From contig NC_067402.1 in the NCBI RefSeq assembly GCF_016432865.1, positions 111,042,001 to 111,106,000 on the forward strand: a stretch of DNA of 64,000 nucleotides, written 5' to 3'. Below are positions 10,471 through 23,963 of this stretch, piece by piece. The position numbers and the translations under genes were made by a program. The notes beneath the pieces are model-generated. The model saw nothing but the letters and a program-made list of their open reading frames with translations, was not told the origin of the DNA and made no database searches. Origin of the DNA: Antechinus flavipes. Its lineage: Eukaryota. How positions within the stretch are numbered: position 1 is the first letter of the stretch; every line of letters starts with the position of its first letter.

Positions 10471-12804
10471 ATAATGAAACCCTCTTGTACCCGGCTTGAA
10501 GGGAGCTAGGTGAGGAGGCAGAGAACCTGAGAACAGGGGGTTCACAAAGGTAGGGAGGTAGGATATGGAATGCTGGGCTTGGGGAATGACAGGGGCACCG
10601 TTTGGACTAGCATGTGGAAATCAGTCTGTAGAGTGCACTAGATCAGACTGCGAGGAGGATTCTAAGCCCAGTGTCGATCTGTCTGCTGTTGACTAGAACA
10701 TAATGAGACCAGCATCCCTGCGGTCTGCCTCTGTGCTCTGTCCACGGATGCCAGTGTCAGCCTGGCTAGCCATTTTGTTTTTGCCTGCTGCTAGCTCCAG
10801 AGAAGTCCATACAGAAGAGTGTGGATGACTCTGTACAGCCATCCCTACTACTAGGGAAAGCTATAATTACATACATACATACACACACACACACAAATTC
10901 ATGATTGTAGGGTTTAAGAATTAGAACTGAGGAAGGATTAAATGGGTTATATATAGTAGTGGTCTTTCAATCACTAGACGTGTTGAAAAAAAAGATAGAA
11001 GGTCATCTATAAGGGATATTGAAGCATTGATTCTGGTTGGATGAGGGTTTGGACTAAATGATATGAAAGGTCCTTTTTTTTTTTTTTGGGTCAAATCCCT
11101 TCTCCTTTCCATGCTTAGGATCAGCTTAATGGAGCTACAGGTGATTAGAAGCAATTAGCAGGGCCCCGGGGAAGGAATCCTTCTGGAGAAAGGAGGCATA
11201 TTTTAAGTCAAGACTCCTAGAATAAACAGAATGTTTTACAGGGTCAAGCTGGAGTTCATGGGGCTGGGCAGGTGCAGGAGGAATTGGTTGCAGTGGTCCA
11301 ACAGTCAATACAGAGAACATCATTAAAAAAAAGACTATAAAGGGAGGTAAGTGCCAATAATTTGGCACTTCTTGTCCTGGGGATAAGAAAGCTGTCCCCC
11401 TCCTCAGTGATCTGGGGGCTCTGTCACCTTCTGACTCAAATGTTCTGATTTTTATTTTGTTTTGGGATTGGTCGGTGCTGTGTTTGCTCCCGCTGCCCCA
11501 TCATCTGCCTCCTAGGGACACTTATAATTGCTTCTCCTTGGGCCAGGGTCAAGGGCATTCCTGGCAGAAAGGGGTGAAGGGAGCAGCAGCAGCAAGTTTC
11601 AGCAGCTGGAGGGAGCTGCTTCCATGGGACACTCTTCTTCCTCCCTTCATCCTGACAGAGAGATGGGGAAAGGGCTTTGGAGGACCAGGCTGGCAGTCTG
11701 GGGCTGTATCTACAGGCGAGAGTTGGATGGCGGGAGTAGCTCCGCCAACTATTTCATTTATTATGAGGCATTTCAGTTCAGACTTCTCCCCCCTCCAAGT
11801 GTATTTCTGTTTTCTTCCAGCTGTCATTAAGAGTTTAGTGTAGCCCCACTGGAGGACTGCATTTCATGGCTTCCACCCTCTGTCTGTGGCTGGCTTGGCT
11901 GCCTGACCACCCAGCAGGCAGCAAGGAGAGAAGGGGGTTAATGATGAGCTCGGATGCATGGGGGAATAGAAGCTGATGTCAGCCAGGGCTCGCACAGCCC
12001 AGACAAAAGCCCCTAATTGCTATTTTCCTCTTTGTTGGAAAGTGCAGGGCTGACTCTGCTCCATAGCTACAGTAATAAAAAGGTTGGAAGATTGGGGAAG
12101 GATTGGGACTAATGAGAGAGCCATTGTCCCGCTGGTGATAAAGGAAAAATCAGGAAATGAGAGAAGGAAGACAGCCCCAGAGACTGAGGTCAGAAAGTCC
12201 TAAAGACTAGAGATTATCTAGGTCGTGTGATAGAGCTTGTGCTCACATATAGGGCTCGTCTAATGGGACTGTGGTCAAGTTGTTTTAAATGTCTACAGTG
12301 ATGGAGCATCTGGTCTTGTTTGCGGGTGGACTGAACCTCCTAGGGTCTCATTGGGAAGAAAGATGTGTGGGAAATGGGGGTGGTTCTTAAGGGTCTTTCC
12401 TAGTAAAGACATTGTGTTATAATGGGAAGGGCACTGAATTTAGTCAGGAAGCCTGAATTAACCTCCCTGGGGCTTTCCATATCTGTAAAATGGGGGGGGG
12501 GATATTGGATGATAAGATGATCTTTGTGATTTTTCTTGATCTAAATCTATGATCTGATCTGAATCACAGATAAAAGTCTGGGATCTGCAAGGGACCTCAG
12601 AGGTCAGCTAGCCTGAATTGAAGTCCCACCCTAACTTCACACTGGGGATGGGCAGAGCTAGCATGGCTTGGGGCCTGCTTCTGACATTAGCTTTGCCATA
12701 CTCAAGTCTTAATTTCTCCAAGTCTCAGTTTCCTTGTTTGTAGGGGGGACATGGCGTTGACTTACTTTAAATACACACACACACACACACACACACACAA
12801 TGTT

Positions 12805-13760
12805 TCTATACATATGTATTTCATTAGATATTTCCCAGTTAACATGCACATTTTTTTAATTTTTAAAAAAATGTTGAGTTCCAAATTTTCTCTTTCTCTC
12901 CCACTACTCTCCTACCCTTTGAGAAGACAAGTAATTTGATATTGATTACATATGTGAAGTTATGAAAAACATATTTCCATATTAGCCAGGGTACAAAAGA
13001 AACACACTAAAAGCCCCCAAGAAAAATCAAGTTAAAAAATATGCTTTGGGCAGCTAGGTAGTACAGCGGATAGAACATCAACCCTGAAGTCAGGAGGATT
13101 TGAGTTCAAATCTGGCCTCAGACACAAGTTCTAGCTGTGTGACCCTGGGCAAGTCACTAACCCTAATTGCCTCAGCCAAAAAAAAAAATGCTTTCATTTG
13201 CATTTATGGTTCATCAGTTCTCTCTTTGTAAGTGCATGACATTTTTCATCACAGGTCTTTTGAAATTGTCTTGTATCATTGTTTTGATCAAAATAGTTAA
13301 GTATTTCATAGTTGATCATCCTTACAATATTGGTCTTATTATGTACAATATTCTCCTGGTTCTGCTTACTTTGCACCAGTTAATGCATTTTCCCAAGTTT
13401 TTCTGAAGTCATCCTGTTTATCCCTCCTTCCTTCCTTCTTTCCTTCCTTCCTTCCTTCCTTCCTTCCTTCCTTCCTTCCTTCCTTCCTTCCTTCCTTCCT
13501 TCCTTCCTTTCTGTCCATTACAATCATATTCCACAACTTCTTTAGTCATTCCCCAAGTGATGAGCATTACCTTGATTTTCAATTCTTGGCCACCACAAGA
13601 AGAGCTTTTATAATTTTTTTTGGTACAAATAAGTCCTTTATCTCTTTCTGAGATCTCTTTGGGATGCAGACCTAATAGTGTGGTATTCCTGGTCACAGTT
13701 CTATAGCCCTTTGAGTGGTTAGATTAGTTCACAACTCCACCATCAGTGAAGTATTCACTT
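12805..13760 (-). mobile_element. Older marsupial L1 3' fragment containing a nested SINE and a (TTCC)n tract (13423-13510)
   Basis: tatttcccagttaacatgc (L1 end), ttgatcatccttacaat, ttctttagtcattccccaagtgatgagc, gggatgcagacctaatagtg. Confidence 0.85.
13048..13180 (+). mobile_element. WSINE1-like SINE nested in L1
   Basis: gggcagctaggtagtacagcggatag...aattgcctcagccaaaa. TSD aaaaaa(t/a)atgcttt at 13034-13047 and 13181-13194. Confidence 0.85.
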
Positions 13761-14349
13761 TTCCACCCTCCAGCATTTGTTAGGGTGGAGGTGAGTGAAG
13801 CTCTTTGTAAAATATTAAGGCCATTTAGAGATGATGTCTATTATTAATCTCACTAACCAGTCAAGGTAGTTTATTATGGACCTGGGAAGACCTTGATAAA
13901 TAATGTGACTAGAATAGTAGGATATAATCCTAGGTTCTTAGATCTGGGGCTAAAAAGAAATTCGGAAATAATATAGCCTCACCCTTTATAGATGGAGAAA
14001 CGGAGCCTATTGGAGAATTAAGTGACTTGCCAAAATCCCATAGGTGGTAAGTATCAGAGGTTAGATTTGAACCAAGATCCTCTGGGTCTATAAACACATC
14101 CAGAGCATTCCAATGGATGCCCCTTTGAGCACTTTTGCTTCCTAAAGTCTATCTAACCATTGGATATTTGATAGGGAATTTTAGTCCATTTCTTGACCAC
14201 TGGATAGGAATGCATTTTCCTTCTAGTGGGATATAAATTCCTTATGCCCTTCGATTATTCTAGGAAGAAACGCCTTTCAGCTCCCCTCAGTAGCTTGCCA
14301 TTTTCAGAATGTTTTGGTGACTTCCACTCTCTTATTGACATATCTTTTG

Positions 14350-14665
14350 ACTTCTCTGGATTCCTTTAAGTTCCAACCCAAACTCCACATTCTATAGGAA
14401 GCCTTCCCCAATCCCTCTTAATTCCAGTGCCTTCCTTTTCCCACCCTTATTTTAATTCCAATGTTCTCCTTCTGTCATCCCCACCCCCATTTATCCTGTA
14501 TGTAATTTGCTTTGTATATGTCTGTTAGCATGTTGTCTCCCCTGTTAAATTTCAATTTTCACGAGGGCAGGGACCTCTTTAGTCTCTTTTTGTATCCTTA
14601 GCACTTAGCCCAGTGTCTGGCACAGAGTAGGTACTTAATGAATGTTTGTTGATTGACTGATTGAC
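14350..14665 (+). mobile_element. L2 3' end
   Basis: aggaagccttccccaatcc...gagggcagggacc...gcacttagcccagtgtctggcacagagtaggtacttaatgaatgtttgttgattgactgattg. Confidence 0.8.
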
Positions 14666-16166
14666 TTCACCTCTAACTGGGATTCCACACAGATTCTGTA
14701 TTCCAGATAGGACAGCTTCCTCGATCCATATTCCTTCCTGCTTCTACCCTTTTATTAACGGCATTTTCCCTCTGTCCAGAACACCCTCTATTGTCCCTTT
14801 CCTCTGTCTATAGCTCCCCTATCTTTAAAAGCCCTACTCAGATAGCACCTCTTCCAGAAAGCCTTTCCTGGCTACTGCGATCCTAGTGGTGCCTCCTGGC
14901 ATTTTTCTTGGTACTGAAAAGTAGACTGATTTGCATTGATCTATTTTACATTTCTAAGTTTTATTTCTCCAATTCTAAGTTCCTTAATTTGGCATTGACT
15001 GCCCACTATGTGCAAGTCCTAGGGATCCTAAAGGCTACAGTTCTTTTGCATTCATTATAGAGTGCTTGAGTGATGACTCAAAAAAGCAATTTCTTAACCT
15101 GAAAAAAGGGAGCTAAAACCCATCTGACCTCAGGATTATCGTAAATGTCAAATAAAACAAAAGAGCCGAGGCAATGTGGTAAGAACAACATGGGTTCAAA
15201 TCTCTCCTTCCCACACTTGCCAGTTGTGTGAACCTGAACAAATCACTCAGCTCCTCGGAAAGTCAGTTTTTGGGTTGGGTTGGATGACCTCTCCCCTTCG
15301 AAGGGCTTTCAGTTTTTGATCCTCAGAGCCTCTGCCTTCCTGTTACCATGCTGGCTTGTCTCCCAGACAGGCTGCCCGAGCCATCGTCCACAGATCATCA
15401 ATGATTTGCCCTTTCTCCGCATCTCACAGGAGTCAGGGTAGCAGGACTCTGCCCTTCTCCGAAGCTCTGGTTATCCTGTTCAAGCTCTGCCTGCTGTCCC
15501 CTCCAATCTGAAGGGCCGCCTGTCTTGTATCCTTTCCCTCTGCTCCTCTGTGAATCGCTCTGGCCTGAGCTCTATAATTTATTCACTATTCCATATCCCC
15601 ACCCTGCTGCTATCTGCCACTGATTCCATCCATATTCAGCCTTGCATTATTTAAATTTATAAAATGTTCTGGGGATTCAACGAAGAGGAGAGAATCATTA
15701 ATATAATACTTATTTTATTTTATTTTTAGCACTTTGTAACCACTTTGGAAACCATTGTCCGAGCTATTCCTTCCTTCTGTCAAAGGGGCTGGTTTGGAAC
15801 AGCTAAGAAAACAAAGGCCGATGAGAGGTTTTGTGACTGTTCTGAGGCATGGATGAGCGGTAATAATAGTTATTATTTATATAAGACATTTTAAAGATGT
15901 GCAAAGTGGTTTATATGCGTGACCTTATTCAGTTTTTGCCACCAGCCTATGAGGTAAGGACTGCAGATTATTGACCCCATTTTACAGATGAAAAAACTGA
16001 AATTCAGAGAGATGATTTTCTTGTGGCCACACATAGAAAGCATCAAAGGCTCTAATGAAACCTGCTTCTCTCTCAGTGCTAGACCCAGTATTTTTTCTAT
16101 AGGCAGCCCTGACTCACTAAATGAGATATTCTCTAGAATGTCGTGGCTAGTGATGAAAGCATAGGG

Positions 16167-16366
16167 CAATGGTTCTCAAACTTGTTTTCAGTATCTTTAT
16201 CCTATTAAAAATTATTGAGGATCTCTCCAAAGCATTTTTGTTTATCTGGATTATATTTATAGACGTTTACCATATTGGAAATAAAAACTATTTTTGAATT
16301 TGTAGACCCTCTAAAAGGGTTTCAGAGATCCCCAGGATTCTCTAGACAATACTTTGAGAACCACTG
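16167..16366. mobile_element. hAT-Charlie-type MITE, intact ends
   Basis: TIRs caatggttctcaaa / tttgagaaccactg. 8-bp TSD gcataggg (16159-16166) / gcatagga (16367-16374). Confidence 0.85.
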
Positions 16367-17082
16367 GCATAGGACAACAGGAAAGTAAAATAAGGTGGTA
16401 TGAAGCAAAAACCTTGCCTAGCAATTTGGATACGTGGGTTCCGTTCCAAGGTCCATCAAGTCAGGAGGCAGTTAGGTGGTACCACAGTGGATAAAGCATT
16501 GGGCCTGGAGTCAAGATTTGAGCTTAAATTTGATCTTTAATACTTACTATCTATGTAATTCTGGGCAAGTTACTTAACTTTAACACTTAAGTGGAAGAAG
16601 AAGAGAGGGAGGGAGGAAGGGGAGGGAGAAGGAAGAAGGGTAGGAAGAAGAGATAGAGGAAGAGATAAAGGGTGGAAGGAAGGAAGAAATAAAGGAAGGA
16701 AACTTATTTAATAGGTATCTACTAACCAGACATTGTGCTAAGCATTTCACAAATATTGCCTCATTTGATCCTTACTATAACTACATACCTGGTTTAGAAA
16801 ACCAGCATTTTTCAGGCACTCTGTGCTTAGAGCTCCTTGGACCCCTTCTCACCAGCGTGCCCCCCATTTTACAGATGATTCAGTGAAAGCTGGAGATATT
16901 TAAGTACATGGATCAAATGATTATCTGCTGTGTGATCTTAGTTCCAGGGCCATCCCCCAGCTCTGCCCAGGTCTCCATGTCTCTAGGCTGTCCCAGACGG
17001 GTAGGGAGCCGAGAGTCTGGGTGGGGCCAGAGAGATGGGTGAGACCTTTTAGGTTCATTGCTCTCCATCCCCTACCCCTCAG

Positions 17083-17156
17083 GCTGATCTGCATGTTCAG
17101 TGTTCCTGGGCGCAGTTGCCATGGAGAACAATGAGGACCGGAGAACTAACTGGAGG
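17083..17156 (+). other. Candidate exon with Kozak ATG overlapping an X-box-like motif (unverified)
   Basis: Pyrimidine-rich acceptor ctctccatcccctacccctcag; gttgccATGG at 17115-17124; MENNEDRRTNWR followed by a weak donor GG|gtgggc. No recognised homolog. Confidence 0.2.
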
Positions 17157-18359
17157 GTGGGCCCTGCAAACATTGGCTGGCGGGTCCTGGAAACCTGAAT
17201 GCAGGGATGCAAAAGCCAGGCTAGCACTTTCTCTTGATTTCCTGCTCCTGGAACCTATCCTTCATCTTTCGTCCCTACTTAAACCTGATTCTTAGTTTTG
17301 ACCCTGCTTCTTGTCTGCTGGTCTTCCTGACTGTTACTTGTTCACAGCACAAATTCTGGCCCCAATCTATGCTAGAATCTCCCCCTCCTCTCTTGGCTCC
17401 CCATCCTGAGGAAGGGGTCAGTCAGAACCATGGACCTTGAAGGACCTTGCTTAGGACTCCCCCTGAGCCAGAGGATGGAGCAAGATGACAGGGGGAAAGC
17501 AGAGGCCCAACTGCTTCCTATCTCCCTACCTGCTCACCCCTCACCACTGAAGTAGAAAGGATGTATTTGTGAGAGAGAAACACACGGGGGAACCTCCCTG
17601 AGAGACAGGCTGGAGTAATGGAAATGACACTAGATTCAGGAATCAGGAAGACCTGGGTGTGAATCCTGCTCCAGACACTCACTACATGACCTTGGACAGG
17701 TCACTTTCCCTTTCTTTAAAACGAGGAGCTGGACTTAATGACCTCAAAGGTCCCTCTTCCAGTTCTAAGTCTGGGAATCCATGATCTCATCGAGGGCAGA
17801 GCAGTCTCCATAGAACAGTCAAGTCTCTATCTAGTCATGGCAGCCTAGCTTAGTGAAAAGAACGTTGGATTTGGGATCTGAGCACCTGGATTTCAATCCT
17901 ATCTTTGCTATTTAAACCTATGAAACCTTTACCTTACAGGTAACAATTTCCTTGTCTGTAAAAATGAGGGCATTAGACTAGGTGATTTCTAAGCATTAAA
18001 ACCTATGATCCTAAAAAAGTATGTCACTCCCATGTCAGCTCTCTCAGAGCTCCCTTTTGCTGAGAAATGCTGTAAAATGTCAGGCAGAAGAGAACTGGAT
18101 ATGATGAACTCATCTCGCTCTGCTACTCCAGATTCAGTCTCTATTTTTAAGATCCATTTGAAAGAAGTATGAGTTGACAAGAACCAGCTTATTGAGGTTT
18201 TTTCTTTTGCTGTTGGTGGGAGTTGGAAAATAAACCCCAAATCTCTAGTTTTTGTGTTAGAAAATGTTTGCCAACTGAAAACTGGGGAGTTGGGAAGCTA
18301 GGGCTTCCTTTGCTACAAGACCTAAGTGGTGTTTGTGGGAAACAGCTTTTAGGCTAGGC

Positions 18360-18570
18360 AGGACTCTTTATCTGGGGGTCTCTGAAGTTGTTTTTTTTTA
18401 ATAGTCTGGCTGCATTTCAATATAAGTTGTGTCCTTTGTGTTGTCATATATTTTACTTTATGTACTTTAGTACTTACGTGTACTTAGAAACATTGTTCTG
18501 AGAAAGGGATCCTTTGGCTGAAACAAACCAATAAAGTGTTCATGATATCAAAAAGATTAATGATCTCCAC
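18360..18570. mobile_element. MER103C-like hAT MITE remnant
   Basis: ctttatctgggggtc...catttcaatataagttg...ttttactttatg...aaacattgttctgagaaagggatcc...ttcatgatatcaaaaagattaa; same family as 58808-59000. Confidence 0.55.
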
Positions 18571-18689
18571 TTTAGTCTAATCCTCCATTTTATAGAAGGA
18601 GAAACTGAGGTTCTTTTTCATTCTCTTGTGCTTTTAGTACCCTACTACCTTTGCCCTGTCCTAAAAGGGACTGTAGCTAAACAAGGCAG

Positions 18690-18800
18690 AATGATTATAT
18701 CTGGATTCTGGGGCTCAGTTTGGTGCCACATTTTAGGAAAGAAATTGCTAAGCTGGAGTTGTGCCCTGAGAAAGGGGACTAAGATGGTGAGATGACTGGA
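18690..18800 (+). mobile_element. CR1/L3 ORF2 fragment
   Basis: ggggctcagtttggtgccacattttaggaaagaaattgctaagctggag...ggactaagatggtgag resembles the CR1 segment encoding QFWAPHFKKDIDKLE. Confidence 0.65.
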
Positions 18801-19129
18801 GAAATTGGGCATAAAATGGAGAAAAGACTTAGGAAGGGTCCCATATACACATATAATAGATATATATACATATATGATATATACATACATGTACACATAC
18901 ATATATTTATATATAGATATATAGTTTTTATATAGATATATAGTTCCTCCTAAAGAGGAAAAAAGAAGGGTTGTTATAGGAAATGAGGGAAGCTCATTGA
19001 GAGCAAGGACTTGCTCATTTTTGTCTTTGATTTCTGAAAGTCTGCCATATAATCTGGCTTATAGTGGGTGCTTAGTACTTGCTCTGCTTGGCTCTAGAGC
19101 CTAGGAATAATGAATAGAAGCCATAGGAG

Positions 19130-19290
19130 ATGGATTTTGTTTTGGATGCAAGCATCAAACTGAGAGCTGTCCAGAAGTGGAATAAGCTGCCTTAGGGGAG
19201 GTGGTGAGCTCCTCATTGCTTGAAATCTTCAAACAGGAACTGAATGATTATTAGTCAGACTCTCTGAAGGGGACTTTAGGTTGGACTAGA
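19130..19290 (+). mobile_element. CR1/L3 3' end fragment
   Basis: gagctgtccagaagtggaataagctgccttagggaggtggtgagctcctcattgcttgaaatcttcaaacagg. Confidence 0.7.
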
Positions 19291-21419
19291 GGGACCTTAG
19301 GGTTTCTTCTAGCTTTAGTATCCTCTGATCCTAAATAACCTGTGAATTCAGCAGTCTCTCTGCCTTTGTCTTGATCATTGAGAACACAAAATTTCAGCTT
19401 ATCAGTCAGTCTCTGTTTCTGGGTCTCCTTCCTCCCCAAAGTCCATCTGAATTGTAACATTTATCAGTGATCAACACCTAAGCTCACAATTTCATCCTCT
19501 TTAGCTGGGACCAAGGGAAGGATGTAGCCTTTGGGAAGCATGTAGTCATTAGCCAGAGCACTGGGATCCTCCTACCTGACCCCGCTCTGTGCAGATTCCC
19601 CTTGGCGTAGGACCCATTGCACCTAAAATCACACTGCATCTTTTTACCTCCCCCTGGACTTGGTGTCTCTAAAAGTTCTGTCTTTCACCCCCAAATTAGG
19701 TGTCCTTTGATCTCTGGAATAGGGCCTGCACTTGGATCATCATCAGCTCTATCATTCTGGAGGTTATTAATGATCAGTTACTGATTTCCAGAAAACAGTC
19801 TCTTTTCTAACCTCCCTCTTTCCCTTTTCTCTTCAAATAGAAGCTGGAAATATAGAAACCCTTATTTCTGACCATCATTTGCTGCACATACTAAAGAAAT
19901 CAATGACCAGAGAAGGTCTTTGTGTGTAGAAGGATCACAATCTTAGAGAAGCAAAAGGCCTTAGGTCCCATCTAATCTAGTTTCTTTCATTTTACACAGG
20001 ACAAAACTGAGGTCTAAGGACAAATTACATCAGCAACAGAGCTGGTATGGAACTCATATTCTCTAAGCATCTTTAAGATGCAAATATAGAAGAAGTCAAT
20101 TCAATAATATTTAATAAGCAATTATTAAGTGCTTAGTATATGCAAGATACCGTACTTCAGTGGGGTCAGTGAAATGAAGTGACTCCCAGGATAACATGTA
20201 TAGGATCTGTTGAGGGCAGAATTTGAATTCAGATCTTCCTGACTTTAAAGCCTGTTATTTAACTCTGATGGCAGGCAGCCTGTCTCTTTTTGAATAGGAA
20301 AAACAAAACAAATTTCCCTTTCAAAATCCCAGAGTTGTCTTGCAATATATACCATGGGTCAAGTAAGAAATTGAATGTGGATCTATATATACCTACTACT
20401 GGGAATGGGGCTGGGGTGGGAGGAGAAAGTTTTAAAGTATGTGTTAGATTTTAGGAAAAGGAGACTGTCACATCACTGTGTGGTGAATGGGGATGGGAGT
20501 GGCTGATCCCAGAGGCAGGGATCAACGAACCCAGAATTGTTCTTCTCCCTCCAAGGATACCTTTTCTTTGATACCTGAACCTTTCCTTTGAAGTCAGAGG
20601 GTCTGGTTTCAGACCTGTGTGACCTTGCTCAATTCACAGCTCCTTTGAATCCTAGTTTCTTCATCTGTAAAATGTGGGAATTTAAATATGTGACCTCTAA
20701 GATCTTTTCTAGTTTTAACACTTAATTCAATTACTTAATTATTTCCTGGAGCCAGATCGATGTATGCCCTCCTTTACTAAACTCCACACTAAAGGGGCTC
20801 GAATTTACCCACTTTGTCTTGTTTCTGGTGTCTCCAGTTTAGAGCTTAAGTGGAAGAAATCTCAACTGTCTTCTTGCTATGGGCATCAAAGGGATCTGGG
20901 GCTCTATTCACTGCTTGGGGGTTGGTGCAGCCATCCACAAACTTCCATATCTACTCATTTATTCTTTTTCATTCAGTTGGCTCCAAATTACTTCCAATGA
21001 GTTTCTTGGTGGCTGGAGAGGAAGTCTTGCAGCCTTATTTTCATTAGGAGAGACATAGATTGGAAAGATTTAGCTGACAGGGCCTTTTCTTTTTCTTCCT
21101 CTCTTCCATTCCTTTCCCCAAGAGAAGATGCCCTCAGAGTAGCTTCTCTATGCTCATTTTTACCATAGGGTGGAAACAAGGCAATCTTTTGGTTACAGTA
21201 TTTTCTCCTGGGCATCTTGAACTTGTTGCTCTAAAAGACTTGTTTACCCTCCATTACTTAAATAGCTATATCATGAGAGTGACAAGAAAGCAGCCTGGAG
21301 GAAGAGAGACAGGCTTTTTTGGCTTTCTGATGAAAGAATAATAGTATCAGACCTAGAAGGGAATCTCAGAGGTCATGGATTCCTAGCTCATCACTTTATA
21401 GATACGGAACTTGGGGGGG

Positions 21420-21545
21420 TGGAGAAAGAGAGAGAGAGAGAAGAGAGACAAAGAAAGAGAGAGAGAGATAGCAATAGTGAGAGAGACAGATGGACAGAGA
21501 CAGAGACAGACAGAGAAAGAGAGACAGAAAAATAGACAAGACAGA
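21420..21545. repeat. (GA)/(GACA) low-complexity repeat
   Basis: Read directly; source of ORFs 21383-21604 and 21391-21573. Confidence 0.85.
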
Positions 21546-22404
21546 CAAGGGACTTTCCTAAGGTTATATACATGGTGAATGGGAGTGTTTGGATTTAAAC
21601 CCACTCTTCTGGTTCCAAATCCAGTGAGAAATGGAAGGACATGGTTGGGAGATTGTATGGAGATGTTTAATGATAGTTGTAGAAGGCTACAAGCCCAAAT
21701 CCACTTCTGTCTCCAAATCTTTATTTATGAGATCTCTATCACTGTCTTTGCAAGGTCCCTGAGTCAGACAATCCTGGAGCTAGAAAAGGCCTTCACGAAT
21801 CACAAGGCATTAAAACTGGAAAATCATGGTACCTTTTCCTCATGTCCTATTAGAGACATAGCTAGGGATTTTTATGCGTGGGAAAAGAGGCAGAAATACT
21901 GGTGTAAAGAGAATGAGTTTACTACTGTAGATTATCTGGTAGCAGATTACTTGGAGGTACCTGGGTGACATAATGGAAAAGAGCATTGAACTTATAGTCA
22001 TGAAGACCTAAATTCAAATTTGACCTCAGACACTTAATAACTGAGTGACTCTTGTCCAGGGTCACTCAATTTCCTTATCTGTAAGATATAGGTAACAATA
22101 GGACTTATGTCCTAGAGTTGGTGTGGGGATGAAATGAGATAGTATTTATAGAGCACTTTATAAATCTTGATGTACTGTATAAATGCCATTATTATTTATT
22201 TCATATTATATATATGTTATTTATACTATATTTTTACTATGTATATTATTATACTAGCTATTATTATTATTATTTCCAGATCTATTGAACATGTACTAAT
22301 GCTACTATGTGTGAAACACTGTGCTAAATTTTGAGGATATAAAGACAAAATGAAAAGCAGTTGCTTCCCACATTCTACGGGGGGAGATAAAACATATAAG
22401 CATA

Positions 22405-22665
22405 TTGTTATTTAGTCATTTTCAGTCACGTCCAGTTCTTTACTACTCCATTTGAGATTTTCTTGGTAAAGATACTGGAGTACTAAAAAGGCAAATGGAA
22501 TGAGGCAAATGGAAAGCCATTTCCTTTTCCAGATCATTTTACAGGTGAGGAAACTGAGGCACATAGGGTTAAGTGACTTTCCCAGGATCACACCTAGGAA
22601 ATGACTGAGGTCACATTTGAACTCAGAAAAGGGAGTCCTTCTGACTCCAAGCCACCTAACTGTGA
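22405..22665 (-). mobile_element. MAR1-like SINE
   Basis: ttgttatttagtcattttcagtcacgtcc...ttttcttggtaaagatactggagt...gccatttccttttccagatcattttacaggtgaggaaactgagg. Confidence 0.8.
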
Positions 22666-23963
22666 TATATAGCAATCTAACATGTCTTATTAAGTTCTCA
22701 CTTTGAGTGAAATACTTTCTAGGTACTAAGGACATGAAGGCAAAATGGAAGATGTTTACATTCTACAACATAGAAACAGATAATAAAATATGGAATAATT
22801 TGAATAGGGAGTGAACTCTCACAACTGAGAGGGAGGGGGATTGTTATTAGGAATGATACATAAACTAAATCTTGGGGAAATCTAAGAATTGTAAGAGTTG
22901 GAAATAAATAATTTCAATAAATATTAACTGTATATCATGGTAGCCCAAAAAAGGGACCTTAGGTCTCATTAAGGAAGATTTCAGTCCAGGAATCTATTAG
23001 GCAAGTGGGTGACACAGGGGATAGATTCAGAGCCAGAAAGCCCAGTGTTCAAATTCCATTTACTAGCTGTGCAAATCATTTAAATTCTCTTGACAAGCAA
23101 TTCAGTTTCCATGTCTGTAAAATGGGAATATCTATAGCATCTGCCTCATAAAGCTGTGAGGAGCAAATGAAATAACACTCAGTTGTGTTGTCAAAATCAA
23201 ATTAAGACAAAATGAAAAGCAGTCAAAGTAAGAGGTACTCAGGGGCAGTATATTGACTTAGAAAACCACAAACTAACATTATCTGTGTTTTATTGTTATT
23301 TCAATTTTCTGTTTAAGCATTTCCCAATTACATTTTAATCTGCTTCAGGCTGTTTGGGGAGTATGTTGACCATACCCCTGATATGAAGGATTTTGCAAGA
23401 CTTAAAGCTATATTAAAGTTAGCTGAGATTAAAGTACTTAGCACAGTGCTTGGCGTCTAATATGTGCTACATAAATGCTTTCCCTCTTCCTTTCCTTCTG
23501 CCTTTTCCTCCACTACTATCACTCAGTCATTCATTCACACAAGGTCCTTGACTTTTTCCCCTCTGTCCTCTGGATCTTTTTCAAATTCTCAACACCTCTT
23601 TCCAATTATGCATCACAAGCTACTCTCTTCTGGGGTTTCACTGAGTGTTGCTTTGGCTGCAGTCCTGAATACTCAAATGTGATTGCTCCCCTCGGGGAGT
23701 TTCCTTTCTGAGGTGGTAAGGCCAGTAAAACTGACTCATCTTTTTCCCCTTCTCTCCCTCTGTTCCTTAAGGAGGAAATGTGGAGCTTTTGGTGGTGGAA
23801 GATTAAAAGGATCCTTTCTTCAGTTTCTACTTAGCCAGGGAAGACTTCCCAAGGAATATGGTGTTCCAGGAAGAGAGGGTGATAGGGAAAGGTTTCAGGG
23901 CTGGCATTTATTGAACAAAGCTGGTAACAAAAGTGAAGCTGGTTCAGAGGAAAGAGAATTGAG

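Noticed and set aside
10396-10500. Exon-like segment reading ...LTHLWLRNN, resembling an LRR motif
   Set aside because: Lies largely in the end of the MER63-like transposon and hits a stop within a few codons.
11720-11750. Small hairpin agttggatggcgggagtagctccgccaact
   Set aside because: Stem is short and bulged; too small for a pre-miRNA, and no recognisable mature sequence.
20401-20420. Canonical G-quadruplex motif GGGaatGGGGctGGGGtGGG
   Set aside because: Such motifs are very common in mammalian DNA; there is no supporting context.
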